DNA from: the human T2T-CHM13v2.0 reference genome, Homo sapiens
Assembly (NCBI RefSeq): GCF_009914755.1
Contig: NC_060942.1
DNA length: 64,000 nt
Direction: 5' to 3' (one strand)
Part shown: piece after piece, positions 27,690 to 41,119 of the stretch
Layout: each line of letters starts with the position of its first letter
Numbering within the stretch: position 1 is the first letter of the stretch
The notes under the pieces: model-generated
The model's input: only the letters and a program-made list of their open reading frames with translations
Told to the model about the DNA's origin: nothing
Database searches by the model: none
Position numbers and translations under genes: made by a program

Positions 27690-28440
27690 TTTTCCTTCTC
27701 AGTTCAGATAATATTTCCTCAAGGAGGTGTCCCTGAAGCCCTTTTTAAGACGTCCTTCTGCAAATCAGGTGCCCTAAGGTATACTAAATTGTTTGTTCTT
27801 TTTATGGCATTGATCATAACTTTTTACTTAAATAATTACTTGTTTAGTTTTAAGACATGGAATCAACCCAAATTCCCATCAGTGATAGATTGGATAAAGA
27901 AAATGTGGTACATATACACCGTGGAATACTATGCAGCCATAAAAAAGAATGAGATCATATCCTTTATAGGGACATGGATGGAGCTGGAAGCCATTATCCT
28001 CAGCAAACTAAACTAACACAGGAACAGAAAACCAAACACTTCATGTTCTCACTAATAACTGGGAACTAAACAATGTGAACACATAGACAAAGGGAGGGGA
28101 ACAACACACACTGGGGCCTGTCCAGTGGGTACAGAGAAGAGCATCAGGAAAAATAGCTAATGCATGCTGGGCTTAATATTTAGGTGTTGGGTTGATAGGT
28201 GGAGCAAACCACCATGGCACATGTTTACCTATGTAACTAACCTGTACATCCTTCACATGTATGCTGGAACTTAAAATAATTACTTGTTTAGTTTTTCCAT
28301 GATATAATGCAAGCTCCTTATATAAGGGTAAGGATACTTTTAGTCTTGATCATAACTACATTCCCAATACCTAGCGTAAGGCTGGTCATACAGTGTTGCT
28401 CAAAAAAGTATTGTCAAATGAATAAATGCTTAAATAAATG
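27690..28440 (+). mobile_element. L2a 3' portion, interrupted by L1PA13-like element
   Basis: L2-like sequence on both sides of the L1 insertion, ending ...ttgtcaaatgaataaatg. Confidence 0.55.
27852..28273 (+). mobile_element. L1PA13-like 3' end (ORF2 tail + 3'UTR), no poly(A)
   Basis: [19 protein letters not shown]...; 3'UTR gcatcaggaaaaatagctaatgcatgctgggcttaata; 22-bp TSD at 27830-27851 and 28274-28295. Confidence 0.88.
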
Positions 28441-30316
28441 GCAAACATTTGAAGAAAATTGCTTAGTCCTAAACAGCGGGTTTGAATTAATTCTTACTTT
28501 GGTGATAGATACTGTATTAATTCTTATTAAGTTCACTTTTAATAAATCATGTATCACTGGTACCACAAATTTCAACATATTTGTCAATTTCTACAAAACT
28601 GAATATTGCTGCATTTGAGATGATCTCATTGTCTTGAACCAGGCAGGGTTATTTTTTTTTAAAAAAAAGGTGTCCTGATTTACTTTTTATTCTTGCTGTA
28701 GTTCAAGCAAAGTCCCTTGATTTGTTCTTCTCATCAAAAGAAAAACAGAGTTCAAGGGGGAGTTCAGCTAATTTAGATTCATGATCAATTTCTTTATGGC
28801 ATTTTATTGCATTCTGAAGTTCTGAAATATTGTGGTTTTTGTTAACCTTCATTGGCAGAAACCAAGGAGATAATCCATTTATTTACATGGATCACCTTGA
28901 TTACTCTTGAAACTGATTATTAGATAAATTGTGATGATATTAAAGGTTTAAATGAAATATTTTCCTCTTAAATATCAGATAGCCCTTTCTATTTTTATAA
29001 GTTATATATCACTAATACCATAGCGATGATTTTAATTATTCCTAAAAACCTATCTTACCACCAAACGATAAAATGATACAATTGTGAATAATTGGAGTTG
29101 AAAAACACTCTGGGCAACTGTTCTGCTTTGAAGATGAGAAAATGAAGGCCTTGCGATATTTCATAAATTGCTCAAAGTCAAAAGTTAGCTGGTGGAAAAA
29201 CTCAGGGCTAATAGATAAGCATCTTGTTCTTCCCATTAAAATATTATTCTGGTTATAAATTATTACTTTAAGTAAGGCATCTACTATGGGGTATTATTTA
29301 ATCTATTAAGAAAGAGCAGAATACAAACAAGGCAAAATCTTATAACATGTCTGAAAATGTGCCTTCCTTTTTTGTGTTTAATATCTTTGCACATGACATT
29401 TGGAATACCTGCTCATTCATGTGCATCCGAAGGTCTTTTATTAATCCTGTAAAATCTTGTTCTAATGTAACCATAATAGTGGGAAGTTCCTTGAACAACT
29501 ATCCTCCATCCAATTAGATACCATTTAGTATGTATTTTGTGTACACTTTCTAATTACTATAATTACAGCAAGTATTACTTACATTTATTACACACAATAG
29601 TCTAAACATCTTTAAATATGTTAATTTAAGTAAGTCTGTGAGCTGCTATAGAACAGAAGCAGTATCAGGTACAACAGTACATCTCCAGATCATCAGTGCT
29701 TAGCAAAATAGTCACAGAAAAATAAGGGTATGACATGCAGGAGAGAATGGGAAGGGGCTCTATTCATGTCTCTCTCGTCTCTTAAAAATATTCAGTGGAC
29801 TTTCTTCTTCACCTGTACTTAAATAAAAACTTAGGCAGGTTCCATATGACCATTGGTCAATCTTTTGTAATTAGACATACTAAAACAATTTAACGTCACA
29901 GAAGACAGTTTTAGTTTAGCAACTTTAATGGCCAATTATAACAGATATTTTAAAGCCATTTTCAATTTGAGGTGTTAACCATCCTTCAAATTGTACCTAC
30001 CTCTAAAAATGCTTTGACAAAAATGAGGTGTAGTCAGCACGTTCTCTTCTTCTTTCTCTGGGCCTCTACTTTTCTACCTGTATCTCACTAGCCAAAATTT
30101 ACAGGGCTTAGAACAAGTTCAAGGAAGAAGAGAAAGGTCTTCTCTTTACAAGAACTGCCATGAAAAGTTATCATCAATTAACTTAGTGGATATTTAAAGT
30201 GGAAGCTTTCTCTTTGGGGCATGTTAATGGGTGGTTTGCAGTTCATTCCGTTGCTGGGAATCTCTCCTCTGTCCTTTCCAAGAGGCAAAGCCAACTCTTT
30301 TCTGGTTGGGGTTGGT

Positions 30317-30829
30317 TGCCGAGACCAGCTCGGTCGGGGAGACCCTAACCCAGCGGCTCTAGAGGAATTAAAGACACACACACAGAAATATAGAGGTGTG
30401 AAGAGGGAAATCAGGGGTCTCACAGCCTTCAGAGCTAAGAGCCCCGAACAGAGATTTACCCACGTATTTATTAACAGCAAGCCAGTCATTAGCATTGTTT
30501 CTATAGATATTAAATTAACTAAAAGTATCCCTTATGGGAAACCAAGGGATGAGCTGAATTAAAGGGATAGATTGGGTTAGTTAACTGCAGCAGGAGCGTG
30601 TCTTTAAGGCACAGATCGTTCATGCTATTGTTTGCGGCTTAAGAATGCCTTTAAGCGGTTTTCCACCCTGGGCGGGCCAGGTGTTCCTTGCCTTCATTCC
30701 AGTAAACCCACAACCTTCCAGCATGGGATTTATGGCCATCATGAACACGTCACAGTGCTGCAGAGATTTTGTTTATGGCCAGTTTTGGGGCCAGTTTATG
30801 GCCAGATTTTGGGGGGCTTGTACCCAACA
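30317..30829 (-). mobile_element. MER9a solo LTR (HERV-K9/HML-3)
   Basis: 513 bp, reverse of tgttggg...aaatctggccataaactggccccaaaactggccataaac...gagctggtctcggca; no PBS or internal sequence adjacent. Confidence 0.9.
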
Positions 30830-31924
30830 TTTAGTATAACACATCCCACTAGATTTAGGCAACTTTCGGCCCTCTACCATTATCCATCTCCCTGATAATT
30901 ACCTCAGCTCTCCGTGCAGTGTTTTTGGACACAGCCTAAGACATACAGACTGGCTTTTCCTTCCACATGGACTGACTTGGCTCTTGTGAAACACAAATGT
31001 GTTTCTTATCTCAACAAATTCTGGAAAGAAAGCTATTTTCCAATTTTTTTTTGTTTTTTGTCATAGACCACTTCTCATAGCCTTTTATACCTTGAATACA
31101 GGCTAACTAGCAGTGAATTGTACATCAGTAGGTTACTCAAGTGAACCTCTCCACTGATTTTATTACATTTGCTTTATCTTGACCTGAGGTGGTAGCTCCT
31201 TCTCTCCCCCCTTCTCCAGTAGATGGAATGGGGATCACCATACTGCTTTCTCCAACAATGTCTCCTCCTTTTGTTATATTAAATTCACCTCCTGGAAGCA
31301 TTTTTTTGTATATGTGGGAATGAGGAGAGGCACTCTATCTGTCAATCTTGAGGGTCCAAGAGTCTCTAAAATAATCATTTGTGAATTTTCTCAAAATCTC
31401 AATTCCAGACCATTTTATGTCATCTATATAATGCAAGTTACAAATCTACGTACCTTTAAGTTATAGTATTGGTTTTCTAACATATTCTGTATTTTTTCCA
31501 TGAGATTTAATGTCTTTCATATTTTTTCCTTTATTCTTGGGAAATTAACCTAGATTCTATTCAACTGCTTATAACATTAACACATTCCAGACACAAATGT
31601 GAAATATAATACTTATTCAATGAATAACTTATCATTTATGAATAAAGTGATATTTAGAAATCTGGTAGTTCTGCTCAGCTAAAGAAAGAAGGTGGATATA
31701 TGTACTTATTTTGGAGGAAAATAATAAGTAATTTAGAAGAAACCCAAATTTATTAAAAAATTCTGGGGCATGTAATGTTGGAGATACATGCACTAAAATA
31801 GTGCAACCTTTTGCAAATTATTCATTTGTACATAAAATATCAGTATTACTTTTTATTTGTGAAATTGAAACTAAATTCTCAAATGATGTATTCCCAAATT
31901 GCTTGTCAAATAACAAGCTTATAA

Positions 31925-32254
<330 letters not shown>

Positions 32255-33349
32255 ATAAAACCATTTTAAAGCCCATCATTTAAATGACTATTAGGATATC
32301 TCAGAGGTAGTTGATATTGAATATAGCAAGGAAATACTTAATGGAAACGTAACTATCAGGTTATCATTTTTTTGCTGTTATTCAAACTATTTTTTGTGTT
32401 TGTTCAAGCTGCCTGTTTTTATAGCATACAAAGAGGTCAAATGTCAATATTGTTCACAGGTTCTGGAACATTGACTTATTTGCCAATGCAATACTCTTTA
32501 TTATCAAAGAAGAAAAAGGAGAAGGAGAAGGAGGAAAGGACATTTTACTCTTGCAATGCTTTCACATATTATTCTTTTTGTAGTACCAACCTGAGTAAAA
32601 TAAAAATATATTGGTCATTACTCGTCCTCAAGAAAAACTCTGATTGAAGAGAAATGCATACATGAGGGGATAGAGGTGATGCATCAATTTGGGAGGCAAA
32701 TCTCCTGTTTTATACCAGAATAAAATCTCTCCAACTTCCTTTCTCATTTGGGCTAATATGAATAAAAGCACTTTTAGACATCCTAGAAAATTTTGAAATG
32801 ATGCCATGATTATGAAGAGCCAGTGCGTTGAGGAACACATCAGAGCTAAGTCCGACATGAAGGGGTCAACCTAAAAACACACCAAAAACAATAATAATAA
32901 AGTGGAGAGTAAGTGATAGAAATGTTTCTTAATTTTATTTAGGATTGGCTAGTGACTTTAATAGTAGAGACAGTCTCAGGGAAAGGCAGTAAAGGTACAT
33001 TTGGGCGTCCATGGTCTTGAAGTTTGAAAGATGGAGACACTAACAGCATTAAGGAAAGACAAAAAATCACTCTTTTCAAAAGCAACTTGTTCTAAAGATT
33101 GTATCATGGAATGGCCCTAAAAATGTACTTACCAAAAATGAAAATGAATCTATGGTCAAATAAGTTTGTGAAACATTATTACATAATGTAAAATGGCTCA
33201 TATCACATAACTTATCTATCACCAGCCTCATCAGGTGATACAGTAAAGAAACTTAAAAAAAAATCTTTCCCTAACTTTGTACAAACTCTTTAAAACAAAA
33301 TATTTTTTCTTTTTCCTTCAAAAATATGAATGAATGATTATTAATACTC

Positions 33350-33780
33350 CATCTTAGTTGAGGTTCCCTAAGAAGACTCTGAAGGATACAAATGCATGCA
33401 TTCTATTTAAGAGTTGATCCTACATTAGTAGGGGAGGGAAGGAAGTAACACAGGGAAAGAAAGATATTTCAGAAAGCTGCATTGTCAAGCAAATTACCAC
33501 TGCGGACAACGGTAGCTCAATTTTACTGGTGGACTTGGACAGAGAGTGCTGAACATGTCCAAAGTTATTTCAGTTATTTCATGCAAGGGAAAGAAAACTA
33601 GGGGACTTTATTTGCATACTAATATCTCTTCTCTCCTTTCGGGAGGATTAACAGATCAACACGTCTGGAGGAGGATGGAGTATGTTCCTGTGATGAGACA
33701 AATGCCATAGCTGTCTCCAATAAGCAGAATTCAGCACATGGAGCATCTGAGTGTAGCATCTACATTATCATTTGCTCCAC
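33350..33780 (-). mobile_element. LTR16-family (ERVL) solo LTR, probably inside a hAT-Charlie relic
   Basis: tcttagttgaggttccctaagaagactctga...aggggagggaaggaagtaacacagggaa...aaattaccactgcggacaac; flanks tatggtcaaataagtttg and ttccatggaacatact...ggaaa look MER5/Charlie-like. Confidence 0.55.
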
Positions 33781-34274
33781 CCATCCTCTGTTCCATGGAA
33801 CATACTATAGGAAAGATCCTCTGAGTTCATTTGATATGATCAACCAATGTCTTTGATAGTAGGGAAAACTAATATAGGATTTTTATTTTATCTTGGAAAC
33901 AAAGTGTGTCCTTTTACATGTTTCTTGTACATTTTTCTCAAAACATCATTTTTCTATTACGATAAGAAGATTATTTGAACAATGTCAATCTAAAACTTAG
34001 ACATGTGATCATTGTGTTTTCTAGTCATCATTTCATTCATGTATTCATTTCTCAAATATGTATAGCTTAACAATTTCTTGATTTTGTCGACGACACAGGG
34101 AAAATGGAAGAACTTAAAGACAGCTTAATAGGAGGGCTTATGACATTTGCAAGTGTCAAATCATGAACTAGAATCTTGAAAATGAACAACTAGATTATTT
34201 TTGATCATCGAATTTTTGTTTACCATTTGTAAAAATAATCACTATATTAATTCTGAAATTTGGGCAGATGTCAT

Positions 34275-34520
34275 GTTAAGCCCATTTTAAATATTACCTA
34301 CTTGAGAAAGTTCTCCTTATCTATGGACTCAGATAGGCTTAATATCTCACCCATTTGCACGAATACATTGCCTTCTCCATACTTCAAGCACATTATTATA
34401 GGTTTTAGTAATTTATCTATTTAAATTCTATCTCCCCTGTATAACTCTGAGCTCTTAGAGAGCTGCCATTTTATCTTATTTGGCTGTATATTTCCAATAT
34501 CTATCACAGAGTATCGTATA
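34275..34520 (+). mobile_element. L2 3' fragment
   Basis: aatattacctacttgagaaagttctcc...tctatctcccctgtataactctgagctcttagagagc...tttccaatatctatcacaga. Confidence 0.55.
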
Positions 34521-35849
34521 TATTTTTCTTTAAGAATCCCACAATTTAATGACAACTAGAAATAATAGGTATACAAGGGTATATAAGTAGACAATATAGT
34601 GCCTCAAGATCAAGGAAAGGTAAACAGTATCCACAGAAATTAAAATAACTATAATGGCCAGTTGCCTGTTTTATTTCAGTGCCCAATCATGTGAGCAGTT
34701 ATTAGAAATACGATTGTGTAATTTTAGAACAGTGGTAGTATCAATCCTTTAGCTTTTAAAAACCAAATGATAAAAAAGCAGTTCCAAAAATGGAAATCAT
34801 CTTTCAAAAATGTTATAAGCCACAGTTTTACAAAAAGGAGCTGTTTGTTTCCTTAGGTAAACATAACACAAAAAAAAATAGACTTGCATTCTTACAGTTG
34901 GATCTAGTTAATAGAACATATCACTAGATAAAATGCTTTTGACAGTCACTGCAATGTTCTGTTTATAAATCATACTTTTCCTTAATTTTGTAATTTCCTA
35001 TTTTATTCTCCATAAGCAAATAAATATGTGACTTTGCAGCATCAAATATTTTCTCTTTTGAATGTTCTTTGCTATCAAATTTCATTATGTAGCTGACCAA
35101 AAATATTTTGTCACCTGAGCGTTCTCTTCCCACTTGAATAATTTCAAGTGGGAAAATATTGCCATGATTTCAGCAGTTAGTCTGTATAGAAACTGAAAAT
35201 CTTAATATAATGCATCTGGCCAGAAAAATTATCTAAGAAAATGAGGAAAAATAATAATAGGTTAAAAATAAACCTCAGGCCTTGACTAGATGTCATTTGA
35301 AAGGCTGAAGAGGTCCACATAATTGGTCAAATAATAGATAAACTTTGAAACTTTTAAAATATTATATATATTTTGAATATAATTTACTTGAATAAAGCTA
35401 ATATGTTTGTATGGAAACAGTAGGAATCCATATTAAAAATATTTTGAGAGCTTTTAAGTTTATTCTAAAATTGAGGACTGTTGCATGTAATTGAGGAATA
35501 CAATTATTTAAAAGTCTTCCACTTGGCTATTTTTTAATGTATTTGAAGTAAATGAACATTTATCCAAGCATTCCACCATAAAGCTTCCTCTGAATGTCAC
35601 AGACACAGATGGATCCCCATTTTTGTCGTCATTTTTTGGAGCTGTTGGACTGACTTTTTAAAGACCCCCTAGTTAGATTGTATTATAATTGTTTTTGCCT
35701 ATATATTTTATACATTTATTAAGACCAGCTAGTGAAAAGCAATGGTACATTTTAATCTTTTTTAACCCCCAAATCTTTCATTAGTTATCTAACTAATTAA
35801 TCTATCTTCTGGTAGCATTCCTAATGCCAGTTCCATCAACGAGCATTAT

Positions 35850-36990
35850 AGAGAAAACATATATATCCTTTTTAAATAACTTTCCTTCCAAATTTTGAAA
35901 GCCCCTGTCATATTTGCCCTAAAACTTTTGTTTTATAGAAAAAAAGTCTATTTTTAATCTAAATAAGTTTGTAATTCCCCAGTATTACATTTATTCTTTA
36001 CTTACACAGTGAAACAGTGAAGTAATAGGGCTAATATCACTTGTGAAATATCAAGAAATACATGCATATCCTAAGCATGGTCTAGCTAACAAAAAAAGAG
36101 TAATATTTTCTCTTCTTATTGTTGTAGACATTCTAATTGTAATTACAGCCTAAGTTTATATAAAGTCTTTGATGGCCATTTCAAATTTAACTCATAATAA
36201 TGTTACTTTCATTTTAGGCAAGTTTTGGACAAACATTTTCTCACACGTGCTCAGTTGACAGTATGTCTTCATGTACCCTTAAACCTCACACATTTCTCCT
36301 ACCCAAAATGCATTTCTTTCTTGTTTTATAGTTAGATATTAAAACCTAATATTATGAACTAACATTAATCACCATTTAATTCATATTGTGTTTTGAATCA
36401 ATGTTCCAGCACATACACATAAATAATGCGGTATGATTACACACATTCTATACATACATATTAATCTTGTCACATAAAATACTTGCTGTTAGTATCAAAT
36501 AATAATAGTCACAAAAATTACATGCATCTTTTCTATTTTTCATTCCAATCATTCATTTAGTTGGTAAATCAATTTATTAACATACATTGGGGCAAATATT
36601 ATTAAAATATAGAAACATTTCTAAAAATGACATAGAAATGCATTTGCCACATATTTCTAAAAAAGACAATTCCTAGTTCACATAAATTTATTAGTTTGCT
36701 TCAAATATTTTTAAGAGCATTAAGAAATATACTGAATCACTAATCCACTTACTTATTACAATTTGTGCTTGATGTTTTTTGTGTTGCCTAAATCTACATT
36801 ATTAGGAATGGTAACAAATACTTTGCCTAAGCTTGAACATTCCATATATGGTAATATGATTATCTGCTGATCATAAGGTCTGCTAATAACTCCACTTGAA
36901 CTTGTAGTGAACATGAATTTCTTTTCTAAGTCATTCAGAAGCCATCTAGCTGTTAACATTATTCTAGAATCTACTCTCTTGCAGGTGTCA
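35850..36990 (-). mobile_element. L3/CR1 LINE remnant
   Basis: Ordered reverse CR1 landmarks: tttgaaagcccctgtcatatttgccc, ctaagcatggtctagc, aattacagcctaag, caaatactttgcctaag, ttattctagaat; highly diverged. Confidence 0.4.
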
Positions 36991-38199
36991 TGTTTATTGC
37001 TAGTGTGGTGAAATGACTTCTTTGCCCTTTTTTAACTTCTATATCCTGTAAGTTTGTGTTTGTTACCTATACACTCCCTAGATGCTCTGAAAAGAAAGGC
37101 ACATTTTGGTGGCCACAGAGTTCTTAAATTTTTGGAATATATAATAGTCATATGTATGTACGTAGACTGGCCTTGATCCCTTTGGTGTTTCAAAAGAGCC
37201 TAACTAGGCTCTTTGGTGTCTCAAGTAAAGCATCTAGATATCATGTATTACTTACATTTTATTTACTATATAGAGAAAACATATTGTTTTCACCTTCCCA
37301 GCATTTACTCATATTCACTGGCTGTTCTGTCACTTGAAAGTGTGGAACCCAGTTTCTTCTACAGAGGTTATTCGAATGGAATGATCTAGAAAATTCGTTA
37401 AGCACATGTATAGCTATCAGAGGACATATGCCTGAGACTGCTTATTTCCACCTTGCTTATACACTGCAATTTGGTTAATTTATACCAGTAGGCCAACAGT
37501 GCTCAGTTTGATTGTTTATAGTTATAATTAACTGGTAATATAGATAAGCATATTTTATTTCTCATTTTGTTTTCCAAATATCAAATGACTTTAATATCAC
37601 CATTCTAAATGTTTTAATTAGTAGAAATGATAGTCTTATCTTCCATGTTATATAAGTTTTCAGAAAAAAATAAACAGATTAAATGTCAGATCTAAAAAGA
37701 ATCTGAATGATCACATAGTCCAGTCATTTCTGAGAGAAAATTTTGAGTGAAGAAGGCACTGTCTAACGTCAAACATCTAGGACTCAGCAACTGTCAAGTC
37801 AATGTTTTGATATAACTAACAACTCCTAAAGTTGGGCACAGATTGCATCCTATGGTCTCAGGTTGGAATGAAAATTGAAAGTTACTGAACACTCAGCTCT
37901 TTTACAGTAGATAAACAGTAAACAGTGAGAATTTGACAAGTGTGCTCCTCTTTTAGATATGCAAATTCCTTTACTTAAATCCAAAATTCTATAGCTATCC
38001 CATGGCTAAAAATTGCTTTACTTAAAATACTACCATGTGTTCTATTATATTATTTGTTTTCTAATATATTTCGCTAGGTCATATTTTCTAACATAGTTAG
38101 AAAAAGCTAGAATAAATGAAGATATCGGCTACAAGCTAGTATTTACATTTCTCTAACACTTCCCTAAACACTAAGTCTTCCCTAAACTCTAAGCTTTAT

Positions 38200-38900
38200 A
38201 TTTAATGTACCCATGGTCACTTCCATCTCTATGTCCTACAATCGCATCAAATTCAACATTTCCAAAATTAGAGTGACTACCTCCCCAGCAAATTGGTTGC
38301 TTCCCCAGAATGTTGGGGTGATCAGACCCAACACCTTTATTAACAGGCAAGGGTGTACTACCATCAATCCTGTTACTGCTTAAGGCAGAAAGGTTTTCAT
38401 TATCATTATACACTTTACAAAATGTCACTTAATCTTGATTTTACTTCATTTTATCTCTGTTCCTTACATATTCTCCCTGCTACTTCCTTTGTTCTGATTC
38501 TCAAATTTTTCACTGAGACTATTGGAAAAATTCCTAATTGTCACCTTGTCTCTGTCCTGGAATGCTTCAATTCATTCTTCACAACTTAATACAAATGTTT
38601 TGTCTAAAACACAAGTCATATTACGGAGTTCTACTCCCTGAAAATTTTATGAATTTTCAGAGATTTTATTCAAAAGGCAACATCTTCATAAGTGAATAAG
38701 CCTTTGATCTTAGCTACCTGTATAGTTGCTTCAACTTCCCTCCACATCCTAAATCTCCATCACATATTCTAGGCAAAAGCAAACAAAGAAACAAACAACA
38801 CTGTAATATATGAGATCCCCAAAAAGTTTCCTCTCAAAAGCCTATTTCACCCTGAGTATTTTTTCTTTCTGTTGTAAACTTAAACCCTTCACTCAAAGTT
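38200..38900 (+). mobile_element. L2 fragment
   Basis: catcaaattcaacatttccaaaattaga...ctaccatcaatcctgttactgcttaaggcagaaa matches the L2 RT-distal region. Confidence 0.55.
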
Positions 38901-39879
38901 AACCAATAGTTTTTCGCCATTTCCTTTTTTTGGCCCTCATGCAATTTATTTCCTGTATCTTTTTTTATGAAGGTAGGGAAGGATTAACATTTTGCTGTAA
39001 TGTTTTCTCTTTTTTCCCTCTTGGTGGATAATTAAAAGTTGCCTGTAGCCATGGCAGCTTGTAGTCAAAATCACTTTCACTGAAAAAAAAAATTGCCATA
39101 CAGGACCTGTTACTAATTTAGAGACCTCCAAGCAATACTTCCACATGACCATAACTTGATTTCTAGGGTTAGTATATGACATTATCCACTAAGGATTAGT
39201 GCTGGAATAAGATCTGAGCATGGTATTAGAAAAAAGAATACAATACTTCTCTCTACATCTGACATCAATCTCAAGTTTTTAGTCATTTGTGATTTTCAGA
39301 TGCTCTAGGGCACGTTTTTAAGAGAGGAACCCTTATAATAAATGATAATCACCAATTCTTAATGGTTATTGCACTTGACTTGCTATTTATCTTCCCAGTT
39401 ATTTCCACTGTTTGCATTATTTCTCTGCTATACATAAAACAAAACAGAACAAAACAAGCCCATGCATGATCCTAGCTGAAAAGAAAAACATTACATACAC
39501 AGACATCCAGACCTAGCCCCTGTTGACTTTTTTTTTTTTAATGTGATGAAGACTATATTCTAAAGCAAACATCACTAGGTACATCCAAACATGGACAAAG
39601 TAGGCTGAGCCTACGGGAATTGGCACTGAACAAAAATTTCACATTTCCAAATACAAATGCATTCCTGTGACTGCATGTATTTTTAAACGAAAAATAAATT
39701 TTGGATTTTTTATTCCTTTATTCTTATAAACAATGATGAGTTAGCAGCCTATAAAAAATAAACTAAGACATAAAACATATGTACATACAAACATGAATAT
39801 ATAGACATAAACAAACATAAATATGTATAAATATATTATAAAATAATACTAGCCTAATGAAGATAACATGGAAATGTAG

Positions 39880-40760
39880 AAATATATGTAGAGTAAAATT
39901 ACATAAACCTATCATTCCAAAATTGCTGCAAATCTTTGTGTCAAAGGTTTTTTTTAACTCTTCTTTTTGCTATTGTTTATGTTGATCTTTTTCTTTGACT
40001 TATAGGCACAATAAATCAATGATACAAAATATATACATATTTTCATATTATATTCATGTTCATTTTCATATATTATTAAAGATTATTTAAAATATCATTT
40101 AAAGTTTTATTATTCTACATGATAAAGTATAATTTATTGAGTACAGACTGAATGTTTTTATTTTACATATAATATTTATGATCATTTTATGTGTAAATTC
40201 ATTTAGGTAAGTTTCTCCAGATGAGAATTTATATGAAAATGATTATACAGTATTTTATCTAAAATAGGTCTTAGCCATAGAATTACTGGTTGAAGGCATC
40301 TTACAATTTTCATTATTCTTCAGACACATTAAAATGGTATATCTCCAAACAGTATGCCTATATCACACTTGTTTCCTTTTATTTTAGAGTGTCTTTAGGA
40401 TGATACTCTCAGGTGCTTTAAGAAAAATCCTTATTTTGCTTAGTTTCTTTTTTCATCCTTGCCTATTTAAGTGTAGAACATTGATTGTTTATTATGATGG
40501 AATGAGCTTTTTTTCTTTTTTTGCTTATAGAGGAGAGCATTTTTGAAATGTTGGCAAACTATTTGCATTGCTCATTTTGAAAGTGTCTTTACTCATATGC
40601 TTTTAACCTATTGCATTTTTAATGTTTTCTGAGTTCTAAACTCTATTCAGAAATAAGGAAGATTTAATTCATATTTTTTTCCAGTCCAAAGTAGATCTAT
40701 AGCTGTGTTTAAGTACCTTTCTTTTTGCAAAATGGAGTTGAATGTATTTTTAGCAAATGT
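39880..40760 (-). mobile_element. Old L1ME-like 3' remnant
   Basis: T-rich reverse L1M motifs (atagaattactggttgaagg, ctccaaacagtatgcc, ctatttgcattgctcattttg); boundaries uncertain. Confidence 0.4.
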
Positions 40761-41119
40761 TAACATTGTTGCAGTAAGTAATGAAATGACATTTGTGAAA
40801 CTGAATTTGTGGAAAAGTTGAAATGGTGAAGTGAATGACAGATGTTACCAAGTGATGAAAATTGAAACATCTACTATTTTATTTTCATTATGGTAAACGT
40901 TTGTGCTAGTCTTGGTCCATGCAGTTTCAGTGAAGTGAACCCTCAACATTACATTCCCAGAAGGAAATATAATCTGAGTATGAATAATCTATTTCCTGTA
41001 TATACTTGGTGAGATTTCACATGCCTGAGTCAGCATAGAGGTAAGCAGGCACAAGATGAAGTTCTAGAAAATTAGTCTTAAAGACATTGGTGGAACTCTT
41101 CTACCTAATGATGCCTGCC

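Noticed and set aside
30178-30895. Four ORFs in a GC-richer island suggesting a promoter or gene
   Set aside because: Explained by the MER9a LTR; too short and not CpG-dense enough for a CpG island
35127-35154. Notch/RBPJ paired site (SPS)
   Set aside because: Cores run TTCCCAC...GTGGGAA, opposite to the head-to-head SPS arrangement, and lack the 5' pyrimidine
38159-38194. 18-nt two-copy repeat cttccctaaac(a/t)ctaag, superficially telomere-like
   Set aside because: Only two copies and not TTAGGG-based; simple slippage
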